64,000 nt of DNA, taken from contig OY759746.1 of the NCBI GenBank assembly GCA_963662795.1, positions 3,168,001 through 3,232,000 of the forward strand. The letters are read 5' to 3'. This document shows, one piece after another, positions 18,832 to 25,697 of the stretch (its first letter is position 1; each line of letters starts with the position of its first letter). A model generated the notes under the pieces. That model was given only the letters and a program-made list of their open reading frames with translations. It made no database searches and was not told the origin of the DNA. The DNA is from Spirochaetia bacterium. GTDB lineage: Bacteria; Spirochaetota; Spirochaetia; CADAEX01. Made by a program: the position numbers and the translations under genes.

Positions 18832-20042
18832 AGCAATACTTCCTCCATTTTATATAATTTGACAACTTCTTCTGCTATTACAATCTCTTCATCTGTAGGA
18901 ATTATGAGAATTTTAACAGTTGAGTCCTTACTGTCAATTCTGGCTATCATATCAGGTTGTGCCTGTGTGTTTTTCTCAGCATCAAGGTTAATTCCGCACC
19001 ATTTCATATCTGCACAAACCTGTTCTCTTATTTCTGCGCATTGTATTCCTACGTCATCTGTAAAAATAAGGCAATCGATACCCTGTAGCGCCGATATAAA
19101 TGCTCCAATATACCGTTTTACGCTGTGTATATACTTTTTCAGAGCGAGTTGTGACTTTACATCTTCAGGGTTTTTACTCCTTTCAATAATGTCACGTATA
19201 TCGCTGGACTTTTCACTCAGGGATAAAAGGCCGCTTTTATTGTTTAATATATTCTGCACTTCATCTATGGTATATCCGAAATCTGAAATTAAATTCATTG
19301 GGATAAATGCATCAATGTCTCCGCATCGTGTACTCATGACAATTCCAGGTATTCCTGTATAACCCATGGAAATATCGATGGATTTTCCATTTTTTACTGC
19401 ATTAATTTCCGAACCTCCGGTACCTAAATGGCAGATTATCATTTTTAATTTATCATTGGTTGTTTTTAAAATATCAGGAACAGTTTCAGTTATATACTGA
19501 AATGACAATCCATGGAAACCGTATTTTCTGAATCTGAATTTTTCTAAAATATGTTGCGGCAGTATGTACTGAAATGCCCTTTGTGGAATGTCCTTATGAA
19601 AGGCGTTGTCTGTTGTTACAAACTGAGGTATTTTGGGATAGATTTTTGCACAGGCTTTTATGGTCATTAATGCTACGGCATGGTGAATCGGGATAATGGG
19701 CACCAGTTTTTGCATTAAAGTCAGTAGGTTTTTATCAATTTCAGCAGTTGTAAAATTATCAAGCCCATTGGCCCATCTGTGCCCAATTATATCAATAGTG
19801 ACCTTGAGACGATTAATTGTCTCAAGAATAATTGTCACAGCTATCTGATGATTTCCAAGAGGAACTGTTTCAGTAAGATTAATATTCTCATTTTTAAATT
19901 CAATGAATGATGGTTTATCACCTTTAACCCCGACCCGATGTGCTTTACCTTTTAAAATTTCCTTAAGATTATCATTTTCCAGTGTTTTGTATACTTTAAA
20001 GGTTAAAGAAGAACTTCCCCCATTAAACACAAGTAAATTCAT
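18828..20042 (-). CDS. Acetate kinase family protein with PPi-dependent (Entamoeba-type) signature (Ack2)
   Basis: FNGGSSSLTFKV, GHR, PIH, DNAFH, YGFHGLS, CHLGTGGS, VMSTRCGDID, FTDDVG, PTDEE. Confidence 0.85.
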   Translation of the reverse strand: MNLLVFNGGSSSLTFKVYKTLENDNLKEILKGKAHRVGVKGDKPSFIEFKNENINLTETVPLGNHQIAVTIILETINRLKVTIDIIGHRWANGLDNFTTAEIDKNLLTLMQKLVPIIPIHHAVALMTIKACAKIYPKIPQFVTTDNAFHKDIPQRAFQYILPQHILEKFRFRKYGFHGLSFQYITETVPDILKTTNDKLKMIICHLGTGGSEINAVKNGKSIDISMGYTGIPGIVMSTRCGDIDAFIPMNLISDFGYTIDEVQNILNNKSGLLSLSEKSSDIRDIIERSKNPEDVKSQLALKKYIHSVKRYIGAFISALQGIDCLIFTDDVGIQCAEIREQVCADMKWCGINLDAEKNTQAQPDMIARIDSKDSTVKILIIPTDEEIVIAEEVVKLYKMEEVLL

Positions 20043-20118
20043 GTTGTTTTTTTTATTGAATTAATATGTCGGGAGATTAAATTATTAAAAAATATTAATA
20101 GTCTCTGGGGAAATATTT

Positions 20119-20147
20119 GAGAGGATGGAAATATTTCCCATCCTCTC
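20119..20147 (-). other. Intercistronic stem-loop inside the island operon
   Basis: GAGAGGATGG-aaatatttc-CCATCCTCTC, perfect 10-bp stem, no U-tract on the transcribed (minus) strand. Confidence 0.55.
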
Positions 20148-20160
20148 TCATTGAGATGTT

Positions 20161-20958
20161 TCAAATTTCCATATCCTCAAAATAACTTCCCGGAACCCAA
20201 TAGCTTTTTTCCAGGTTTATAAAAGTTGAATAATTATGAAGCATTCCATAATTGGAAGAGCTGATTGAATACCAGCTTATATTTTCGTTTTTTGCAAGTT
20301 CAAGACGAATTTCATCCAGGGTGTCGATACTTGATTGATAATTTTCCTGTGTTTTTCCGATTAAATACAGCTGATCCTCTCTGGTGAGAAAAGAGTATAT
20401 AGGTGCAAGACTTTTACTGTCTGCAAGAGTGACTAATTTCTCCGGTGTAATATCTTTTTTCGGCTGAACTTCTATATGAATGATACTCATTTGTGGATAG
20501 TATCCCCTTTTGGAAGGCGAAAATGATTCAATTGGATAGGATGTAATAACAGGACAATCTATACTGAAAGTTGTTTTTACATCGCTGTCGATAGATGGAT
20601 ACTGACAAGTATAAGTGCAATTGTATTTTACAAGGCATGGTTCATTGGATTTAGGTGTTCTTTTTTCAACAAAATAAGGGAAGGCCATTTCAATTTTTAT
20701 GGTGTTGGCATTTAGCGCAGCAACATAATCTTTAATATTTGTTTTCATCGTTTCAATTCCGATTCTATCCCTGTGAAGGTGTGTAACCTGGATAAATTTA
20801 TCGATCCACTCTGCTTCGAATTCTTTCATTATCCGGGCATGTATTGAAATATTGGCTACTGTATGCTGTCCATTTTTATCCCTTTCTGAGGTTACTTTAA
20901 TGGGGAACGGTAATTCCCGAATACTAACATTTACAAGAAAAGCCCTTCCTTTTTTCAT
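20161..20958 (-). CDS. FolE2/MptA (GTP cyclohydrolase IB)-like T-fold protein with degenerate catalytic motifs
   Basis: Spacing and hydrophobic pattern match FolE2 (V.I..LP.PI, Q.TVA, FPYF.EK.TP, PIYS.L.REDQ, N...LH), but HMSR, CPCS, AHNQR, FVED and ESIH are all altered. Confidence 0.72.
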   Translation of the reverse strand: MKKGRAFLVNVSIRELPFPIKVTSERDKNGQHTVANISIHARIMKEFEAEWIDKFIQVTHLHRDRIGIETMKTNIKDYVAALNANTIKIEMAFPYFVEKRTPKSNEPCLVKYNCTYTCQYPSIDSDVKTTFSIDCPVITSYPIESFSPSKRGYYPQMSIIHIEVQPKKDITPEKLVTLADSKSLAPIYSFLTREDQLYLIGKTQENYQSSIDTLDEIRLELAKNENISWYSISSSNYGMLHNYSTFINLEKSYWVPGSYFEDMEI

Positions 20959-22232
20959 GATTTATCTCCATTACTTTGAAAACTATATGTAAAATTAGTG
21001 TGTACATCATATGTTTTATTTAGAATTCCTATAACATCTTCCAGTATAACCCTCTCTTCATCCGTAGGTACCACGAGTGTCTTGATTCTTGAAGAAGAAT
21101 CTGAAATATCAACAGGTTCTTTTATTTTAAATGCTTTTTGATTTTTAACTTTATCAACGATAAGGCCAATACTATCAAAGCCTTTTGTTATTTCTTTTCT
21201 AACATTTGTATCGTTTTCTCCTACACCGCCTGCGAAGATGATAGCATCAACATTATAATCCAGGACACCTAAATATGCTGCTAAAAATAACCTGATTTTG
21301 TAGCAATAAAGTTTTTGTACCAGAATGCAATTTTCATCACCTTCTGCAATGCCCTGTTCTATATCCCTCATGTCTGTTTTTCCGGTAAAACCGAAAATGC
21401 CGCTCTTCTTGTTAAGCTGTACATTGACAAGTTCTTCTACAGAAATTTTTTCTTTGCCGCAGATATAAGGAATAACTGCCGGATCAACAGTCCCGGATCT
21501 GGTTCCCATCATTACACCATCGAGAGGGGAAATCCCCATGCTGTGTTCAACCGCAACACCATTTTTAATAGCTGTAAGGCTTGCCCCATTTCCGATGTGC
21601 AATGTAATAAGATTCGTATCTTCAGGTCTTTTCCCAAGAAGTGCTGCAGATTTTTTTGACAGGTAAAGGTGTGAAGTCCCGTGGAATCCATATTTTCTTA
21701 CTTTATATTTTTTATACCATTCATATGGCACGCCATATAAATAAGCTTCCTCAGGGAGTGTTTGAAAAAAAGCAGTATCGAAAACGGCAATCTGTGGCAT
21801 ATCAGGTACAAGACCTGTTACTGCATCAATTCCTGCGAGATTTGCCGGATTATGAAGCGGGCCTAATTCAATCATTTCAACGATAGTGTCGTAGACTTCA
21901 CGATTAATAAGAGCGCTTTTCACGAATTTTTCTCCGCCGTGTAAAACTCTGTGTCCTACCGCTGAGATATCTGTCAGGGCTGATAAAACCCTGTAATCCG
22001 GATCAAGTTCACCTTTTAATGCTTCGAATATAAGTTGAATTGCTTCCTGGTGATTCTTACAGTTCCTTTTTACTTTTAAACTGGGTTTCCCACTTACATT
22101 ATGCCGAATAAATGAATCAGCTATTCCTACCCGCTCAACAATTCCTGATGTTACTGCAGAACAATTTTCTTTTTTAAAAAGGGCATATTTTGCCGATGAA
22201 GTACCGCAGTTTAGACATAGTATAAAGCTCAT
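20955..22232 (-). CDS. ackA: Acetate kinase, ATP-type (Ack1, island copy)
   Basis: LNCGTSSAKY, GHRVLHGG, PLHNP, FDTAF, YGFHGTSH, HIGNGAS, GTRSG, FAGGVGEN, PTDEE. Confidence 0.92.
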   Translation of the reverse strand: MSFILCLNCGTSSAKYALFKKENCSAVTSGIVERVGIADSFIRHNVSGKPSLKVKRNCKNHQEAIQLIFEALKGELDPDYRVLSALTDISAVGHRVLHGGEKFVKSALINREVYDTIVEMIELGPLHNPANLAGIDAVTGLVPDMPQIAVFDTAFFQTLPEEAYLYGVPYEWYKKYKVRKYGFHGTSHLYLSKKSAALLGKRPEDTNLITLHIGNGASLTAIKNGVAVEHSMGISPLDGVMMGTRSGTVDPAVIPYICGKEKISVEELVNVQLNKKSGIFGFTGKTDMRDIEQGIAEGDENCILVQKLYCYKIRLFLAAYLGVLDYNVDAIIFAGGVGENDTNVRKEITKGFDSIGLIVDKVKNQKAFKIKEPVDISDSSSRIKTLVVPTDEERVILEDVIGILNKTYDVHTNFTYSFQSNGDKS

Positions 22233-22241
22233 TTTTTCTCC

Positions 22242-22850
22242 TTATGATATTTTATGTAATTGAAGGCCCGTTAATAATAACGAGCAAGAATCAACTGTCG
22301 CTTTTATCGATTCGGAAGAAAAAGTATTGATGGAATAGAGCATGGAAATTAAAATCATAAGTAATAAATGGGCCATATTATTTACATCAACGCTTTTTCG
22401 TATTTCTCCTATTTTTATCCCTAACTTGAGAATTTTAGCAAACAATTTTTTAATTTCATTAAGCCTTAAAAATATTTTTTTTCTCTGGATAATAAATTCA
22501 GGATTATTCACCAGCAATACTTCCAGAAGAACAGTAATGATTTCCTTTTCTGAAATAATATCTGTTAGAAATCTATGTATTAAAAAATTAATTTTTTCAG
22601 CTGATGTCAGAAATATATTGTCACATGCAGTCATGTAATCGGTACCGATTACATCCAGAATGTAGTCAACAGCAAAATCAAGAAGTTCCTGCTTGTCTTT
22701 AAAGTAACTGTAAAATGCAGTTCTCCCCAAATCACTATGATTTGCAATTGTATTCATGTTTGCATTATCAAATCCCAGGTGTGCAAATTCAATTATTGCA
22801 GATTTCATTATTTTGGTTTTTATTACTTTCTTGTTGATAATCTTTGGCAT
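22242..22850 (-). CDS. TetR/AcrR family transcriptional regulator
   Basis: N-terminal HTH: F..LGF.NANMNTIA...LGRTAFYSYFKDKQELL. Confidence 0.9.
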   Translation of the reverse strand: MPKIINKKVIKTKIMKSAIIEFAHLGFDNANMNTIANHSDLGRTAFYSYFKDKQELLDFAVDYILDVIGTDYMTACDNIFLTSAEKINFLIHRFLTDIISEKEIITVLLEVLLVNNPEFIIQRKKIFLRLNEIKKLFAKILKLGIKIGEIRKSVDVNNMAHLLLMILISMLYSINTFSSESIKATVDSCSLLLTGLQLHKIS

Positions 22851-22917
22851 ATATTTTTGTTGACACCATTGTCAATAAAAATATATTTTATATTGACATC
22901 ATTGTCAATATAAAATA
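22849..22917 (-). promoter_or_regulatory. Tandem palindromic operators overlapping a sigma70 promoter of the tetR-ack operon
   Basis: Two TTGACA-N4-TGTCAA palindromes (cores 22860-22875 and 22893-22908); minus strand reads TTGACA(22908-22903)-N17-TATATT(22885-22880). Confidence 0.8.
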
Positions 22918-23112
22918 AAAAAACAATTGAAATAATCCAGACGAACTGATGCAGCCTGTGTGATGGGCTGACTCAAATAAAACTGTCTGTGGATTTTCTG
23001 GTGGGTGTTCGATGATGTTGATCCAGGTTTTATCATTTTACCTGTGATTTTTCATGATCCCCATTGAATTATTTACTGGTAGCTATTTCTTTCAACCGAT
23101 AAATTGTTATTA

Positions 23113-25080
23113 TCATGAGTAAATTTCAATCGCATCTTCTCTGGCTTTCTCAAGTATTTCCTGGTCTTCAATAATATCGGCAAGGCGGAATTCAGCAAAT
23201 CCTGACTGCCTGATTCCCGTAATATCTCCCGGACCCCGCAGACGGAGGTCCTCTTCCGCTATTTTAAAGCCGTCAGTTGTATCCTTTATTATCCTGAGCC
23301 TTGCCTTTGCATCTTCTGTCATCTCTCTGGTAAAAACAAGAAAGGAGTATGAAGGGTAGCTGCTTCTGCCTATTCTTCCCCGCAGCTGATGCAGTGCTGT
23401 AAGGCCGAATCTTTCTGCGTGCTCGATTACCATGCAGGTAGCCTTCGGCACATCAATTCCGACTTCTACAACACTTGTCGCGGCAAGTATTTTTATCTCT
23501 CCTTTTGAGAAACCGCTCATTACAGCTTCCTTTTCCTCTTCAGGAACACGGGAGTGGAGCAGGGCGCACTTATATTCAGGAAAAATATCATTTTCAAGAT
23601 GAGCGTACATAGATTCGGCATTTTTGAGATTAAGGTGTTCTGACTCCTCAACAAGCGGATATACAAAATATGCCTGGAAACCGTTTTCTATCTCCCTTCT
23701 GACCCAGTCATAAACTTTCTGAATATTCTCCTGAAGTACTGTATGTGTTTTTATCAGGCCCCGGCCTGCAGGCATTGATCTTATGGTTGATATTGAGATA
23801 TCGCCGAAAAATGTCATCTGCAGGGTTCTCGGGATAGGGGTCGCAGTCATCATCAGAAAGTCTGTCTCATCCCCTTTCCCCGTGAGCGCGCTTCTCTGGG
23901 CAACTCCGAATTTGTGCTGCTCGTCAACTATCGCAAACCCCAGGTTTTTAAACTTTACTGGTTCTGAAAGGAGGGAATGGGTTCCTATTATCAGGTCAAT
24001 TTCACCCGCTTCAAGCGCCTCACGGACAAGTTTTTTTTTGCTCTCTGGCAGTTTGCCTGAAATAAACGCTATTTTTATATCAGCGCCGGAAAAGAGGCGG
24101 GATGCTGATTCAAGATGCTGTTTCGCAAGCAGTTCTGTCGGGGCCATGAATGCTGTCTGATAGCCTGATTCAATGTAGGGAAGGGCGGATAAAAATCCGA
24201 CTATTGTTTTTCCGCAGCCGACATCTCCCTGAAGTATTCTGCTCATCGGGAGGGTTGAGTTCCCGTCGATGTAGATTTCTTCAACTGCCTTTAACTGGTC
24301 TTCTGTGAGTTTAAATGGGAGTGATTTTAAAAATTCCCCCTGCAGAGTCCGCCTGAGTGTTCTTTCCTTCCTCGATCTTGCTTCTTTCTCTTTTTTCAGG
24401 TCAAGCATTGATTTCTGGAACAGGAAAAATTCCTCATATTTGATTGTTTTTACCGCTTCATCAAGAGTCTCCCTGTTTTCCGGGAAGTGGATGTTTTTTA
24501 TCGCATCCGGCCGGCTGAGGAGGGCGTTTTTCTCAATCAGAGTATCAGGTATGATGTTTTCAAGGTATTTGCCCCGCACTTCAATAGCCTGATGTATTAT
24601 TTTTTTAAGGAAACCCATTGTAAGCTCACCCGTAAGGGGATAGACCGGTATGATTTTCTTGAAATTGACAGGGGATTCGCTGTAAGGTTCAAATTCAAAA
24701 TTGCTGCACTGGATTTCACCGAAACGGAGGGAAAAAGTACCGCTGATGAAGTATTTTTCCCCTTCCCTGAATGAGTTTCTCAGGAAATTCCTGCCGAAAC
24801 AGACCAGAGCGCCTTCAGCGCTGTCATCGCTTATTGAAACTTTAAGTGTTTTTTTGGGACCGTATCCAAACCAGGAAAAATCAGTTACATAACAGATTGT
24901 GTTCAGGTTTACACCTGTACCGGTGCTTCTGTATACCTCTGCCAGACTGTTTAATGTGTCTCTGTAATCGTATGCGCGCGGATAGTAACAGAGCAGGTCA
25001 TCAGGTGAAAAAATACCTGCTTCCTTAAGGTTTTTAAGTGAAGCAGGTCCGATTCCCTTTAATGATTTAAGCGATGACAT
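23113..25080 (-). CDS. recG: ATP-dependent DNA helicase RecG
   Basis: QGDVGCGKT, MAPTELLA, DEQHKFG, MTATPIPRT, QLRGRIGR, DLRLRGPG. Confidence 0.96.
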   Translation of the reverse strand: MSSLKSLKGIGPASLKNLKEAGIFSPDDLLCYYPRAYDYRDTLNSLAEVYRSTGTGVNLNTICYVTDFSWFGYGPKKTLKVSISDDSAEGALVCFGRNFLRNSFREGEKYFISGTFSLRFGEIQCSNFEFEPYSESPVNFKKIIPVYPLTGELTMGFLKKIIHQAIEVRGKYLENIIPDTLIEKNALLSRPDAIKNIHFPENRETLDEAVKTIKYEEFFLFQKSMLDLKKEKEARSRKERTLRRTLQGEFLKSLPFKLTEDQLKAVEEIYIDGNSTLPMSRILQGDVGCGKTIVGFLSALPYIESGYQTAFMAPTELLAKQHLESASRLFSGADIKIAFISGKLPESKKKLVREALEAGEIDLIIGTHSLLSEPVKFKNLGFAIVDEQHKFGVAQRSALTGKGDETDFLMMTATPIPRTLQMTFFGDISISTIRSMPAGRGLIKTHTVLQENIQKVYDWVRREIENGFQAYFVYPLVEESEHLNLKNAESMYAHLENDIFPEYKCALLHSRVPEEEKEAVMSGFSKGEIKILAATSVVEVGIDVPKATCMVIEHAERFGLTALHQLRGRIGRSSYPSYSFLVFTREMTEDAKARLRIIKDTTDGFKIAEEDLRLRGPGDITGIRQSGFAEFRLADIIEDQEILEKAREDAIEIYS

Positions 25081-25095
25081 CTTTAATCCGGCAAT

Positions 25096-25683
25096 TTAGA
25101 AAGGAATAGTAATGAATATTGCTGAAAGAAAGTTTACTGCGAAGTTTCCGATAAAATATGAACCAACAAGCATACCGAAGAAAACCAGGAGGTTAGTCTG
25201 ATAGCTTGATGCTGCATTTTTAAAAAAAACAGAAGCAGCCGATGATGCCATCGGTACGAGCATTGCATCTATACTGCTGATGATCGGAGAAAAAGTGTTT
25301 GATGTAAAATAGAGGAGAAAGAGCCTTATTAAAACTATGATTCCGATAAAGAATATCAGTGAAGCAGCCGCGCTCCAGAATGCTTTTACAAATACGGAAA
25401 GGATTATCCCGAAAGATATTGTCCCGTAAATACCAAGCTGCTGCAGAATGCTGCCGACAATTACAAGGAGTGTAATTGCCACTATCGGTGAAAAATCAAC
25501 ATTGCCGAACCTGAATCCCATTTTTCTGAAGATATTCAGGTAAGGATCGCATAGTTTGACAAAAATGCTGTTAGGATCATTTGCCCTCTGCGGTGAAAAC
25601 CATGTCATCATTATTCTTATGAGTAAAATGAACATGTAGATGGAAACTGCTCCACCCAGAAAATCTGTAAAATTCTTTAACAT
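25096..25683 (-). CDS. yggT: YggT family membrane protein
   Basis: IRIMMTWF...DPYLNIFR...VDFSPIVA motif; hydrophobic. Confidence 0.85.
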   Translation of the reverse strand: MLKNFTDFLGGAVSIYMFILLIRIMMTWFSPQRANDPNSIFVKLCDPYLNIFRKMGFRFGNVDFSPIVAITLLVIVGSILQQLGIYGTISFGIILSVFVKAFWSAAASLIFFIGIIVLIRLFLLYFTSNTFSPIISSIDAMLVPMASSAASVFFKNAASSYQTNLLVFFGMLVGSYFIGNFAVNFLSAIFITIPF

Positions 25684-25697
25684 ATTAACCCCTGTTT

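Larger units (their letters stand above)
17094..23409. mobile_element. Genomic islet integrated in recG, bounded by direct repeats of the recG 3' end; no integrase visible
   Basis: Direct repeats 17094-17370 and 23113-23409; interior visibly more AT-rich than the flanks. Confidence 0.7.

Noticed and set aside
20161-20958. Calling this a functional folE2 folate-pathway gene, including a formate-recycling link to the kinases
   Set aside because: Metal ligands and substrate-binding motifs are absent and no folate genes are nearby, so formate release from GTP is unsupported
22920-23112. Transposase or integrase remnant between the operator and the recG stop
   Set aside because: Only short frames with no convincing motif
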